From: Octopus bimaculoides
Taxonomy: Eukaryota
DNA: 64,000 bases
Direction: 5' to 3'
Assembly: GCF_001194135.2 (NCBI RefSeq)
Contig: NC_068988.1
Span: 53,055,240-53,119,239, forward strand
Shown here: piece by piece, positions 13,283 through 27,134 of the stretch
How positions within the stretch are numbered: the stretch's first letter is position 1
Layout: every line of letters begins with the position of its first letter
The notes under the pieces: generated by a model
Seen by the model: the letters and a program-made list of their open reading frames with translations, nothing else
What the model was told of the DNA's origin: nothing
Databases searched by the model: none
Translations under genes and position numbers: made by a program

Positions 13283-13840
13283 AGTGCAGGCATGACTGTG
13301 TGGTTAAGTTCACTTTGAAAGCCTGTGGTATCAGGTTCAGTCCCACCACATGGCACCTTGAGAAAGCATCTTCTACCTTGGCTGACCAAAGCCTTATGAG
13401 TGACTTTGTTTAACAGAAACTGAAAAGGCGGCGAGCTGGCAGAAACGTTAGCACTCTGGGCGAAATGTTTAGCAGTATTTCGTCTGCCGTTACGTTCTGA
13501 GTTCAAATTCCGCCGAGGTCGACTTTACTTTTCATCCTTTCGGGGGCGATAAATTAAGTACCAGTTATGCACTGGAGTCGATGTAATCGACTTAATCCCT
13601 TTGTCTGTTCTTGTTTGTCCTCTCTATGTTTAAGCCCCTTGTGGGCTATAAAGAAATAAGAAACTGAAAAAGCACATTGTGTGTGTGTGTGTACCTCTTT
13701 GTTTTGACATCATGCACAATGCACTGATAGTAAACAGCTACCATGGCTTTATTTGTTTGCAATCTTCTGTGAAAACATACTTGATCATTGAGCTGTTTGC
13801 ATAAAAAGGGGAAATATTACTTTATTAGGAAACAGGCAAG
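13283..13840 (+). mobile_element. Composite A head + D2 tail interrupted by SINE B
   Basis: A head split at agaaactgaaaa, resumes at 13671, then (GT)n and D2 body. Confidence 0.75.
13427..13658 (+). mobile_element. SINE family B (B1 tail) with 12-bp TSD
   Basis: ggcgagctggcagaaacgttag...gagttcaaattcc (B-box)...tttcatcctttcgggg; TSD agaaactgaaaa at 13415-13426 and 13659-13670. Confidence 0.92.
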
Positions 13841-14844
13841 TACAGAAAAGCAGTTGTTAAAATGTGAATTATTATATATTTATAAGATATATATATCTAT
13901 ATCTATATATATATGGCTTGTAGGTGCGAGCACATAACTGCAAAACTAAATGGAGATAAATATAGTTAATACCAAAGGTAGAGTGAAATATCAAATTTTG
14001 TTGAAATTGAATATAGTTTATTACTCTGAGAGATGATGCACCTCTTGTGTTTTTCCAGTTTAATCAGTGTCTTCCAAAGATTGGTAATGTGAAACTCAAA
14101 GTAACAATTTGTGAGGTATTATAGTTTCAATAAAATTTTACACATATGTGTTTGTGTGTGTGAAGAAAGATTTCCCTGAATTTAGAATTATTAATTATCT
14201 TTAAAAAATCTTCAAAAATATGTCTTACACATTCTGTTTTTTAAGATTTCTCTATAATTTATAATTTTTGATTTAAGAAAATCTTTCTTCAAATACTGTG
14301 ACTATATCAAGAATTCTTTCTCCCAAAATTGTTAAATATGTATTTATAAGAGCACATTTGCATTTATATATGTTATACAAACATGTATATATGCAAATCC
14401 ATGTATATATGCAGATGTAATGCACATTAAAAACATATGTTCATGTATGTACTTCATATTGATTTCATAAATACACATAAGGCATATAAATCTAGTACAT
14501 TTGAATCAATGAAGGAGCCTGTAGCATGTGGTCAGTTGAGCTTTTTGGATATGTTGGCCAAATTAACCCACAAATCACTTTATTAGTGTCATGAATAATG
14601 AAGGTTACAATGAAGAATGTATTCCCTGATTTACAAGAAGTCAGGATGACTATGGCTGGAATCATAGATCTTCTGGTTCAATACTGTCTAAGGTCTTAGG
14701 TCAGTCATGTGCTCTAGGACCCATATTGCTGGAGCTTAACCTGATTTCCATGACTGAGATTAGAACACTCCCCCTTGTATGTGGACTGCTTTGGTTATAA
14801 ACAACATCATAAATGCATACGATAAGTATAAATAAATGCACAGG

Positions 14845-15254
14845 AAGTAGCTTGCTTACCAACCACATGGTCCCGGGTTCAGTCCCACTGCGTGGCACCT
14901 TGGGCAAGTGTCTTCTACTATAGCCTCGGGCCGACCAAAGCCTTGTGAGTGGATTTGGTAGACGGAAACTGAAAGAAGCCCGTCGTATATGTGTATATAT
15001 ATATATATACATATATATATGTGTGTGTGTGTGTGTATATGTTTGTATGTGTGTCCCCCCAACATCGCTTGACAACCGATGCTGGTGTGTTTATGTCCCC
15101 GTAACTTAGCGGTTCGGCAAAAGAGATTGATAGAATAAGTACTAGGCTTCTAAAGAATAAGTCCTGGGGTCGATTTGCTCGACTAAAGGCGGTGCTCCAG
15201 CATGGCCACAGTCAAAAGACTGAAACAAGTAAAAGAGTAAAAGAGTAAAAGAGT
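14845..15254 (+). mobile_element. SINE family A, young copy, slightly 5'-truncated
   Basis: Near-identical to 8811, 30405 and 56283; ends in (GTAAAAGA)x3. Confidence 0.92.
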
Positions 15255-15479
15255 ATGTAAAAAAAAATGTGTACATACTTCGATTGTTTGCATATAACCA
15301 CTTATATACATACATATGTAACTGCAGCTTGCAGCTATGTTCTTGCATTTACACATGCATATATCTGCACAATACCTATTTTGTAGTTAGTGATAAATAC
15401 ACATTACTAAACACCTATAAACAAATATTCATGCAAACACACAGACTTAATAAACATACATATACACAAATATATATGC

Positions 15480-15533
15480 ATATATATGTATGTATAAATG
15501 TCACATATCCAAATTCTTTCATGTAGTCATTCA

Positions 15534-15596
<63 letters not shown>

Positions 15597-16009
15597 ATAC
15601 ATACATACATACGTACAGACATTCAATAAGTACACATAGAAAGTTAAGTGATGTAAACACCACTTCACAGCATTAATCACACACAAATGTGCATAAAGAA
15701 CACAATACACACATTTATGTTCACTGAATCCATTCACATATACATACATACATGTGAATACATACATGTGAATACATACATATGATACATATGTATACAT
15801 ATGTATGTATATATATGTTATATATNNNNNNNNNNNNNNNNNNNNNNNNNNNNNNNNNNNNNNNNNNNNNNNNNNNNNNNNNNNNNNNNNNNNNNNNNNN
15901 NNNNNNNNNNNNNNNNNNNNNNNNNNNNNNNNNNNNNNNNNNNNNNNNNNNNNNNNNNNNNNNNNNNNNNNNNNNNNNNNNNNNNNNNNNNNNNNNNNNN
16001 NNNNNNNNN

Positions 16010-16040
<31 letters not shown>

Positions 16041-16455
16041 GTACACACACACAGAGTATATATATGTACACACGCACATATATTTATATACACACACACA
16101 ACCGTATGTGTTTTAATGATATTGATGTCAAACAGCATTTGAACTCTTGCTTTTATCTATTCTCCATGTTTTAACATCTGTTATTCCCATGTTTACATAC
16201 TAGGATCTGCATCGCCATCTTCCTCCCATTTCTTTTTCTCCTTCTTGTTCCCCCCTTTTTTTTCTCTCTTTCCTTTTACTTAACACCCCCTCCCCTCCTC
16301 TTACTTTCTCACCCTCAGGAAGCACTAGTCTATGTTGGGGGTACATTCCCCATCTGGAATTATCTTTTGTTTGTTCTTTATGTCACCTGACATTGTAGGT
16401 AACTAATTGGTTAACCAGTTGGAGGTGTATTGATGGATGTATGAATTAATCTAAA

Positions 16456-16488
<33 letters not shown>

Positions 16489-16596
16489 ATGCGTGTGTGT
16501 GTGTGTGCATGTGTGTACATGCCTCTATTTGTATATTATGTGTATTTGAATTATTGTCTGTATATGTATGCATCTGGGTGTATATATGTGTATGGA

Positions 16597-16643
<47 letters not shown>

Positions 16644-16885
16644 GCTTATGTGCCCATAACCACAATGCATAAACACACATGTACATGTATATGTGTGTAT
16701 AAATGGTTGTGTGTGTTTGTATGTATAATATGCATTTATATATGTCTATGTTTGCAATTCATTAGTAATGAATTCATTAGAGATGAACGAGCAGTGTCTA
16801 TGTGCCTACATTTATTTGTATACATCCATATGAATGCAAATTGACATATATATGCATGTGCATGTGTGTGCACATAAACACACAC
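15480..16885. repeat. Extended low-complexity field of TA/CA/TG/TACA microsatellites with gaps
   Basis: Direct reading; explains the YIYI/CVCV/HTHT pseudo-ORFs. Confidence 0.9.
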
Positions 16886-18295
16886 NNNNNNNNNNNNNNN
16901 NNNNNNNNNNNNNNNNNNNNNNNNNNNNNNNNNNNNNNNNNNNNNNNNNNNNNNNNNNNNNNNNNNNNNNNNNNNNNNNNNNNNNNNNNNNNNNNNNNNN
17001 NNNNNNNNNNNNNNNNNNNNNNNNNNNNNNNNNNNNNNNNNNNNNNNNNNNNNNNNNNNNNNNNNNNNNNNNNNNNNNNNNNNNNNNNNNNNNNNNNNNN
17101 NNNNNNNNNNNNNNNNNNNNNNNNNNNNNNNNNNNNNNNNNNNNNNNNNNNNNNNNNNNNNNNNNNNNNNNNNNNNNNNNNNNNNNNNNNNNNNNNNNNN
17201 NNNNNNNNNNNNNNNNNNNNNNNNNNNNNNNNNNNNNNNNNNNNNNNNNNNNNNNNNNNNNNNNNNNNNNNNNNNNNNNNNNNNNNNNNNNNNNNNNNNN
17301 NNNNNNNNNNNNNNNNNNNNNNNNNNNNNNNNNNNNNNNNNNNNNNNNNNNNNNNNNNNNNNNNNNNNNNNNNNNNNNNNNNNNNNNNNNNNNNNNNNNN
17401 NNNNNNNNNNNNNNNNNNNNNNNNNNNNNNNNNNNNNNNNNNNNNNNNNNNNNNNNNNNNNNNNNNNNNNNNNNNNNNNNNNNNNNNNNNNNNNNNNNNN
17501 NNNNNNNNNNNNNNNNNNNNNNNNNNNNNNNNNNNNNNNNNNNNNNNNNNNNNNNNNNNNNNNNNNNNNNNNNNNNNNNNNNNNNNNNNNNNNNNNNNNN
17601 NNNNNNNNNNNNNNNNNNNNNNNNNNNNNNNNNNNNNNNNNNNNNNNNNNNNNNNNNNNNNNNNNNNNNNNNNNNNNNNNNNNNNNNNNNNNNNNNNNNN
17701 NNNNNNNNNNNNNNNNNNNNNNNNNNNNNNNNNNNNNNNNNNNNNNNNNNNNNNNNNNNNNNGGACAGAACACTCAGAGTTTTCTTTCCTCAGTCGAGTT
17801 CCAGATTATCTTTTCAATTTTGGCTGATTATACTCGAGATTGCTCCAATCTGACCAGCCCCAAGGAAAAACTAAGCTAAGAGCATTAGATTCCTTGGAAG
17901 AAAGCAGCGAATGTATATGAAAACAAGGACGGTGCCTATATGAGTATATATGAATATTTATATATACCCACTTGCATGTCCATACTCAAACTTAGAAACA
18001 TATTCCCATGAATGTGTATATACACTGACATAGATATGTGTACATGCATATTATATATACATATATACAAACTGATGCGTACATACATATCTGTATGCGG
18101 ATACATGTATATGTATATACATAATACATCCACAACATATACATTCACAACGCACACAGACTCATGTAATTTGAAACTTTCAGTTGTTGACTGACCTTAA
18201 CATTTGAAATTTATTTTAGATGAAAATAAAGAGAATACTGATCACTACACCCTACTGAAAACAACAACATTAAACAACAACAACAACAACAAATT

Positions 18296-18338
<43 letters not shown>

Positions 18339-18862
18339 AATAATATAACAGCTTCAGACTCCTACACACACAGAAAGCTATGTATTTCAAAGCTATCAAA
18401 TCTCCCTAAAAAGCTGGCTGTAAAACTTGTCAACCCATGCAGCGTGGGAGTATAGTATGTTGAGCCCTTTGGTTTATAAGCTTGAGATCAACTAGATTTA
18501 TACATACATGCATATACACACACACATAGACAAAGACACACACATACACAAAGATACACACATAATCTCTCTGTCTCTGTCTTTCACTCATACATACACA
18601 CATTCGCATGCATTCTGAAAAACGCACACATTCACATGTGAGCGCTGTGTAACACTAACCCAGAGTCAAACAGAGAGAAGCATCCTGTCACCTTTCTCAG
18701 TTGGCAATTATCTGGTAATCTGTTTCACTGTTTGGCATGTCATCCACCCAAGGGTTGCACTTGAGGTCAGAGAGGTAGTTAGAAGCTGGGAAAGAGGGAT
18801 ACATAATTTAGTACATCATTTGGTGGTCTGTGCTTCACACACTCATCGCTAAACACATGTAC

Positions 18863-18864
<2 letters not shown>

Positions 18865-18950
<86 letters not shown>

Positions 18951-19125
18951 GATAGACAGATAGAGAGAGAGAGAGGGTGGGATTAGATAGATTGATAGAC
19001 TGGTAGATAGACAGACAGATAGATAGGTAGGTAGGCAGGTAGGTAGGTAGATAGACAGATAGATAGATAAACAGACAGACATAGATAGATAAACAGACAG
19101 ACAGACATAGATAGATAGGTATACA
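18865..19125. repeat. Compound microsatellite (TA)n(TAGA)n(GA)n(TAGG)n(CAGA)n
   Basis: Direct reading. Confidence 0.95.
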
Positions 19126-19886
19126 CACGCATACATGCACTTACAAATTCACAGAAAGCCTATTCAGGTGATCACTTCTGAGAAAGTCCTTGCCCTGAAA
19201 CATAGTGAGAAACTTTGTCAAGCAGCAGAATGGATCTTCAGCTTTCAACTAATAAATAAATTCTACAACTTTTACGTTCTTTCTTCTGTTTGTTTGTCCA
19301 AATATGTGTGTGTGTGTCTGGATACGTACATACATCATCATCATCATCGTCATCATCACTATCAATCATTGTTTCAGTGTTCACTTTATCATGCTTGCAT
19401 AAATCAGCTGGATTCTGATGAGTGGATTTTTATGTGGCCAGATGTCCTTCCTGCTGCCAGCCCTCACCTGTTTCCGAGCAAGGTGATATTTCCCCATGGC
19501 CTGACATGTTTACACAGAAGATTGGGAACAAACAACACCATTTGTACGGTAGCACTCATTGACAACTTTCACATGATGTCGAGACAAGGTAACACACACA
19601 CACACAAAGGTGTGGGTATGTAAGTACAGGCATGGGTTGTGGTTCAGAAGCTAGCTTTGGAACCATGTAGATTCAGGTAAGTTGCCATTGTATTGATATT
19701 GTTGGCTGGTGTCATCTCTAGCCAAGGACTAATAATAATAATAATAATAGTAATTGCCCTGATGCAGTACCAGGCAGTGGCTCTCATGGCTTCTGATCTT
19801 AAGTGATTGGAATTGTTATCATGTACATTGCTTTGTCTTGTTATGAAAGATGGTGCAGCAATGATTCTGCCACTTCACGGTCTTAG

Positions 19887-19912
<26 letters not shown>

Positions 19913-19918
<6 letters not shown>

Positions 19919-20325
19919 TGCTTTCTAATTGATGTATCAATACCAGCAGATGACAACGTTTCCCTAAAAGAAATGGGAAAACTTTCAAAATACAAAGACC
20001 TGGAAATAGCGGTAAATCCAATGTGCAATCTAAAAACAGAAACAATTCCTATCATAGTAGGTGCCTTAGGTATAATAAAAAATTATTCAGACAAATACAT
20101 AACAAAAACACCAGGACTTACAAATATATATAACATACAGAAAATTGCACTACTGGGCACAGCACACATCCTACGCAAAACATTTTCAATACAGTAACTA
20201 TAAGAGCATCTCAGCAAACCACAGCACATACCCAAGGTACACAAAGCTGCGCTCGGTAGTGAAGTGAAAGCACGTTATAAAAATAAAACTACTGAACAAT
20301 AATAGTAATGATAATAATAATAATA
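19913..20325 (+). mobile_element. R4/Dong-like non-LTR retrotransposon 3' fragment (restriction-like endonuclease C-terminus and 3'UTR)
   Basis: KKCFLIDVSIPADDNVSLKEMGKLSKYKDLE...IPIIVGALG...QKIALLGTAHILRK is the RLE motif of R4/Dong-type elements. (TAA)n tracts lie on both sides. Confidence 0.85.
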
Positions 20326-20419
20326 TATGCACCACATATGCTATTTAGTTGATGTTGTATGCCCCTTTGACCCACAAATAGTTAAGAAGGAAAGTGAAAA
20401 GATAGATAGATAGATAGAT

Positions 20420-20578
20420 AGATACAACCGTCTTAAGTATGAAATCACTCGGCTATGGGAAATGAAGAAGGTGAAGATAGTGCCAATTATTGTTGGTTCC
20501 TTGGCAACAGTATCAGAAAGCATCAAGAGGAATATAAAGGAAATTGGAATAGAGTGCCCAGTAGAACTGTTACAAAAG
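20420..20578 (+). mobile_element. Second R4/Dong-like RLE fragment (different subfamily)
   Basis: RYNRLKYEITRLWEMKKVKIVPIIVGSLATVSESIKRNIKEIGIECPVELLQK. Confidence 0.75.
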
Positions 20579-20671
20579 AATTAAGTTTTATCAATCTTGG
20601 AAGGTTAAAAGGCAGAATTTACTGAAAAACATTTTGTCTGGATTTACCTTTCTTAGCCACTTCAGCACCCA

Positions 20672-20672
<1 letters not shown>

Positions 20673-20708
<36 letters not shown>

Positions 20709-21007
20709 TTATTTATTTATTTATTTATTTATTCTTATTTTATCTCAGGTTTTGTTGTAACTCTTGGAGGCTTGCTGCCTGCAGCCTATGGTACCATGCT
20801 CTCTGCTCATTTCAACTATCTAACGCTTCCCTGATTATTCTGGCCATGCCAAGGAGGCAAACCTTTTGTAATAGTTCTGCTGGGCACTTTATTCCAATTT
20901 CCTTGATATTCCTCTTGATGCCTTCTGATACTGTCCCCAAGGAACCAGCAATAATTGGCACTATCTTCACCTTTTTCATTTTCCATAGCCAGGCTATTTT
21001 GTACCTA
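20673..21007 (-). mobile_element. Third R4/Dong-like RLE 3' end, inverted relative to 20420-20578, ending in (TAAA)/(TAA)n
   Basis: Minus strand RYKIAWLWKMKKVKIVPIIAGSLGTVSEGIKRNIKEIGIKCPAELLQKVCLLG, then a 3'UTR and a TAA tail. Confidence 0.8.
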
Positions 21008-23638
21008 GGAGGATTATTATTATCGTTTTGTCCACTTTACCATGCTTGCATGAGTCAGGTAGAAATTGTTGAGGTAGATTTTGTATGGCTGGATGCTCTT
21101 CCTGTCACCAATCCTTACTTGTTTCCAAGCCAGGTAATATATCTCATAGCCAGACATGCTTTATTTTAATGGAAAACTAGAAACAAATAACATCACTTAT
21201 ATAATGGTGAAGGTCATTTACAACCATCTCATAATGTCTAAATAAGGGTATACAAAGACACACACACACACACACATATACAATGGACTTTTTTCAGTTT
21301 CTATGCACCAAATATGTAATGAAAATATTTAAGGATGAATTTCTTTTCTGCACCCAAGAATGAGCTGAATGTTTAACTGTTTTGAAGACTTTTGATGGTG
21401 GAAAGAATAAAAAAATAAATAAATAGTTAATTGAAATAAATTTTGAGAAATTCTAAGGTAATCTTGAAGAGAGTATCTTCTGAGAAAAGCTGTATAAAAA
21501 TGTATACATCTACAGCAAAGTGGGAAAATTTACAAATTCAGAAAGGTGGGAGTTAACTGACAAAAATATAGCACAAACAAGTCCCAAGGTACAATTTACA
21601 GCAATGCAACAATCCTAGCAAATAAATAAACACAAATAATAATAATAATAATAAATAAAGTTCAGTGTGTTAAGTATAGTTTATTTTTTATTATTTCTTT
21701 TATTAAAAAAAAAGCATTAAAATGATGGTTTATATGTGTGGCCTCCTGTATGAGGCTTTTTTTTTTTATAAAGTGTTTTATGTTTGTATACAAAACCATG
21801 ACTCTGCAGTTATATAAATGAGCATTGACAACGTGGGAAAATCTTTTTCCTATGAGATACTTATTTTCAAAATATCTACTACAAAGCATATTCACGTATT
21901 ATATTCCAGATTGAAATATATATTTATTATAGATTCTTTTATTTAATTTGTTTTCGAATATAACAACACAAAAAAGTGTTTTATACCATAAAGAAAAATG
22001 AAACAAGAAAACTACAAATGGAATGATGGTTTCTTAAAATGAGCAAAATATTCCCACCAGAGTCAATAGATGAAATTATTGTTGTTATTTTGTTGCTGTT
22101 GTCGATGATGATAATGATGATGGTGCTGTTGTTCTTTTACATTCAGATTTCAAAATTTTGTCTTCTTTTAGAGAATGGTTTTGTGAAGAAATCATTTCCC
22201 ATGACGTTTCGTGAGATTGGTTTTTAATGTAAATTAACTCTGTTTTCTACCATTTCACTAAATAAGAACAAAAGTGGAACTATTGGTCTGTATTAATATT
22301 TCTGCTACAAGGACACTGAGTCAAACCCATAGAAGAGTCACACCACTGCTTTAATTGCAGTTTAGGTTTTTGTGTCACAGTTTACAACTAAGCTCAATAG
22401 GTAATTAACCAAGCCCAAACCACTTTCATTCAGTGCATGTCAAGCATACTTCACTAGCCATGGCTTGAATTTTTAGTCATCTTTCTTAAAGACCATCCAC
22501 AAATTTTGCGGATGTCTTCTTCCTCTTCAGGCATCAACTCAACTGGATCACTGCAAATCTCTTCTCAAAACAATGTCTTAAATTTAATAACTTATACTTT
22601 CTAACCAACATCCGCATGTGTTACCGCTGTGTCCTGAACACGCTCTCTCCCTCGTTTATCCTCTGCAAAACTTGTCAACCTCATTGAGAATGCACTGTGA
22701 CAACATGTGTACTTAGAGCCTTGTGCTCAATATTATAATTGCTTTTGTTCACTCTATTCTTTCATGCCAATTACTTTACTTTGAAGCAACCAGTTGTGCA
22801 TAGAGTGTGACAGGCCTCTGGTCAGAATGTCTTCAAAGTAAAAATTAAAAAAATAAATAAAAACAGCAAAAAAGCTAGCAGATCTAACATCCTTTTCTCT
22901 ACTGCCCTCTATCACCATAACACCACCACCACCATCATCACTATCTTTATCATTATCATCCCTGTCAACGAAAATCATTCAGACACTAAGGAAGTTTGAA
23001 GCTAACACCTTGTACAGACTTGATATTAATTGTAATAAAAAAATAAAAAAATTAAAAAAAAACACATGCATCCACCTTATTTGTTTATAAGTGGTGAAAT
23101 TTTTATTTAAAACAATTTTGTAAGTTTAAAAGATTACCTTTTTCCTGTTTTTCAAAAAATATCATCGAAGCTGATTAAAAACACAACTATATTTTAATTA
23201 GTTTTTAATTATAAAAATTACTTCCAAAATAAAATTAAATACCAGTGAATTTTGCTTGCATTTTGTTATCATTTGAATCTCCTTAAAGACTTAATTTTTA
23301 AAAATCAATCTTTNNNNNNNNNNNNNNNNNNNNNNNNNNNNNNNNNNNNNNNNNNNNNNNNNNNNNNNNNNNNNNNNNNNGCAATATCTAGTTAGCTTTG
23401 TGACATCCTATGTTTTTCTGAGGTCAGCTCCCACTTTGTATAAAATTTTATTTTTATTTCATGATTATTTAGGTAACAATTTTTGCATCCTATTTATTTT
23501 TCTATGTCTCGATTATATGCCTGATTATCAGACAGGAGAGAGAAAAAAAACGTGGGTGGGGGGGAATCAAAGCAGTAAAAAAATAAATATACAAAGAGTA
23601 AAAAACAAATATACAATGAATAAATAAATAAAATAGAT

Positions 23639-23676
<38 letters not shown>

Positions 23677-25441
23677 AACAGATAGATAGAAACAGAAAAA
23701 AAGACAGGGAGAGAAAGAGATAGAGAGAGAGACGAAAAACAAAATCTCTGAAAGGAAAGCAATTAAGAAAGATGTATTATACCCTTTTGCAACTTTTAAT
23801 CGTTAACACTTCAGTCAACTTGAGATATTTCCCATTACTGTCTTTAGAAATCTCAGCCTTATTTCTCCAGTTTTGCCTGACTTTCTCATCTTGAGTAGCT
23901 CTGCTTCATTACCAGGATAACTTGCCTGTCAGACTGATTTTGCTGAACAGAAGTCAAATCAATGACTGCTCTTTTGCATCTTTAGCTAATTACTATAGCC
24001 TTCTAGTTTTTCCTAGACTTTCTTTTTAGCTGTTTCGTCTGATCCTAACTCTGGGGTTAGCAAAAGAAAAGAAAGGGGAAGAAAATTTAAAAGAATTATT
24101 GCCTTTTGTTAGCATAATGTTCCAAACAGCTTTTTTTTTTTTTTTTCCTATTTTAACTCTTTTTGATATTTTTCCTTTTTCTTTTCATTATCATCGATAT
24201 CACTTTCTCTCTCTCTCTCTCTCTCTTCTAGAATCTATTAATATGTAACAAAATGCAAGGCTGAGAAACCATCCGAGATATTAGCAGTCAAAATGTTATG
24301 TAAATTAAAAGGAAAAAAAAAAACAAAACTATCTTACAGGAAGCTGTGTGATCATTAATTATTTGTTATGTGTTTTAAACTGTTTGTGTCAGTGTTAGGT
24401 TGTGAAAAGATGCCCCAATTCACCTGACCTTTTAACACCTGCTGTAAAATATTTAAAGTTTTTACAACAGGATCTACTCTCTGTTACCTGGTTTAACACC
24501 ATCACCTACACCTTGGCTGCCCTTTTACTGGGTACATTCTGATGCAAGCATTTGAGTGAAGTCTCAAACCTGAGGATAATTTCCTCCTACCTGTCTCAAA
24601 AGCCTTGTAAAAGGATCAAGGGTGCTGCCCTTACTCTTTTGAATTAGCTATTAAAAAAAGTTCAGTTGCCATGAAAGACAACCAACTGTTTCCTGTACTG
24701 CCACCTAACTAACAACTCCCGGTTTTTTTCCGAAACTTTGTTGAAGGAAGAGAATCTGAAACATCAAAGATTTTATTTCCTACACAGTAACTACCCCAAT
24801 TCTTATAGTCTAAGATCTTAGGGAAATTTGGCCTGCAATAGTCTAGGATCCTATCCAGATGGAATTTTAACTTCCAATTAGTGCCAAGCATCAGCCATTA
24901 TGAAACTCCTTGGTCTTTACATATAATAACTACAATACATTAAGAGCAACAGATCACAAAACTTAATTATATAGCATTAATTAATATCTAGGTGCTGGCA
25001 CAATTGTATGGTTAAGAAGCTCACATTTGCAACCATGTAGTTTCAAGTTCACTCCCACACCTTGGGCAAGTGTCTTGCTTTAGCCTTGGGCCAACCAATG
25101 CCTTGTGAGTGAAATTAGTGGACAGAAACTGTATGGAAGCCCATCATGTGTGTGCCTTTGTGTTTGTCTTCCATGTCTGCTTGACAGTAAGTGTTGGTTT
25201 GTTTATGTTCCTGTGATTTAGAGGTTCAGCAAAAGCGACCAACAGAATAAGAACCAGGCTTTAAAAAAATAACACTTGGGTTGATTTGTTCGATTAAAAC
25301 TCTTCAAGGTGTTGCTCTAGCATGGCCACAATCCAAGGACTGAAACAAGTAAAGCTCTAATTTGTATTTCCCATGCGTCAATTTGTGACTCTTTAATGAT
25401 TTATTCTGGATGTTGACCTGTAAATATATTACTAAATATAT

Positions 25442-25633
25442 AGGCGCAGGAGTGGCTGTGTGGTAAGTAGCTTGCTTACCAACCACATGGTTCTAGGTTC
25501 AGTCCTACTGTGTGGCACCTTGGGCAAGTGTCTTCTACTATAGCCTTGAGCCGACCAAAGCCTTGTGAGTGGATTGGGTAGACGGAAACTGGAAGAAGCC
25601 CGTCGTATATATGTATATATATATGTTTGTTTG
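25442..25633 (+). mobile_element. SINE family A head, cut by an assembly gap
   Basis: Same head sequence, running into a (TA) tract and N-run. An older A copy precedes it at ~24990-25350. Confidence 0.9.
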
Positions 25634-26157
25634 NNNNNNNNNNNNNNNNNNNNNNNNNNNNNNNNNNNNNNNNNNNNNNNNNNNNNNNNNNNNNNNNNNN
25701 NNNNNNNNNNNNNNNNNNNNNNNNNNNNNNNNNNNNNNNNNNNNNNNNNNNNNNNNNNNNNNNNNNNNNNNNNNNNNNNNNNNNNNNNNNNNNNNNNNNN
25801 NNNNNNNNNNNNNNNNNNNNNNNNNNNNNNNNNNNNNNNNNNNNNNNNNNNTTTTCATGATAATTAAAAATAAATATCAAGAGTTGTTTTAAAGATTACT
25901 CCATAACAACAATAAAAAAAATCAACCATTACAACTGCAGTCACTAGTTTCCTCACTGTATTTATGTTTGTTTTTTTCACCTTTTTCCTGACCAACAGGA
26001 CATGAGAACAAACATAAGTTCCTGACTGCATCAAAGCAATTCAGATTCATATATGTCAAAAAAAAAAATAAATAAAATCTTTCCATTGTTAGATCTGTAC
26101 ATTCTTCATAGGACCTATGACCTCCTAAAATTGTTTCAGTGTAAGCAGATTGGGTCG

Positions 26158-26373
26158 GTGTAGGTATGGCTGTGTGGTTTAGAAGCTCACTTTGCGATCA
26201 TGTGGTTTCAGGTTCAGTCCCATTGCATGGCACCTTGGGCAAGTGTTTTCTACTGTAGCCCTGAGGCAATCAATGTCTTGTGAGACAATTTGATCAACAG
26301 AAACTGGCAAAAGTCCATCATATATATACACACACACATACACGTGTACACAAAGACACATATATACATACAC

Positions 26374-26460
<87 letters not shown>

Positions 26461-26845
26461 CATACATACATACATACATATGCACATACATACATATATA
26501 TACATACATGTGTGTGTGGTAAGAAGCTTGCTTCCCAACCAAATGGTTCTGGGTTCTCAAGCCAACCAAAGGCCTGAGTAGATTTGGTAGATGGAAACTG
26601 AAAGATGCCCATTGTATATATATATGTGTGTGTGTGCGTGTATGTCCATGTGTGTGTGTATGTTTGGACTGGATTTGTCCCTACACAGCTGGTGTCGGTT
26701 TGTTTATGTCCCTGTAACTTAGTGGTTTAGCAAAATAGACCAATGCCATAAATACTGAACTTAAACAAAAACAAAAGTAACTACTAAGCTTAATTCACCC
26801 AACTAAACATTTCAAACCAGTGCCCAAGCATGGCTGCAGTTAAAT
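26158..26845 (+). mobile_element. Two older SINE A copies separated by (TA)n(TAGA)n(TACA)n
   Basis: Heads at ~26158 and ~26513; A2 tail to ~26845. Confidence 0.8.
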
Positions 26846-26867
26846 AACTGGAACAAGTAAAAGGCAA

Positions 26868-26895
<28 letters not shown>

Positions 26896-26900
<5 letters not shown>

Positions 26901-27096
26901 TATTTGATGGCATAAAAATTGCAAGAGCATACCAGACACACCCCAATTTCAGCAGTGCATATTAAAGGAAAAATTTTTTAGTGCATTAAAGCATGAAATA
27001 TTTAAAGCAATTTCATGTATAAGACATGGATTAATTTCTTCTTAGAAATATTTTCTTTGGAAAAAAAAACTGTCTTATATGCCATCAAATATGGTG
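26896..27096. mobile_element. Small Tc1-mariner-type (Tc2-like) MITE
   Basis: TIRs CACTATATTTGATGGCATA and TATGCCATCAAATATGGTG, about 200 bp overall. Confidence 0.6.
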
Positions 27097-27134
27097 TGTG
27101 TATGTGTACTTACATGCAATTAAATATATGTTCG

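Noticed and set aside
4246-17853. Long ORFs of 100-345 aa in the track (e.g. 4246-4887, 16736-17773)
   Set aside because: They are open only because of N-runs and TA/CA/TG microsatellites.
17765-17932. GC-richer fragment after a gap that looks like an interspersed repeat (possibly Penelope-related)
   Set aside because: Single occurrence in the window and no coding motif; cannot be classified from sequence alone.
22460-22570. Minus-strand EEICSDPVELMPEEEEDIRKICGWSLRKM, reminiscent of a transposase C-terminus
   Set aside because: Short, bounded by stops, no supporting motifs or splice sites.
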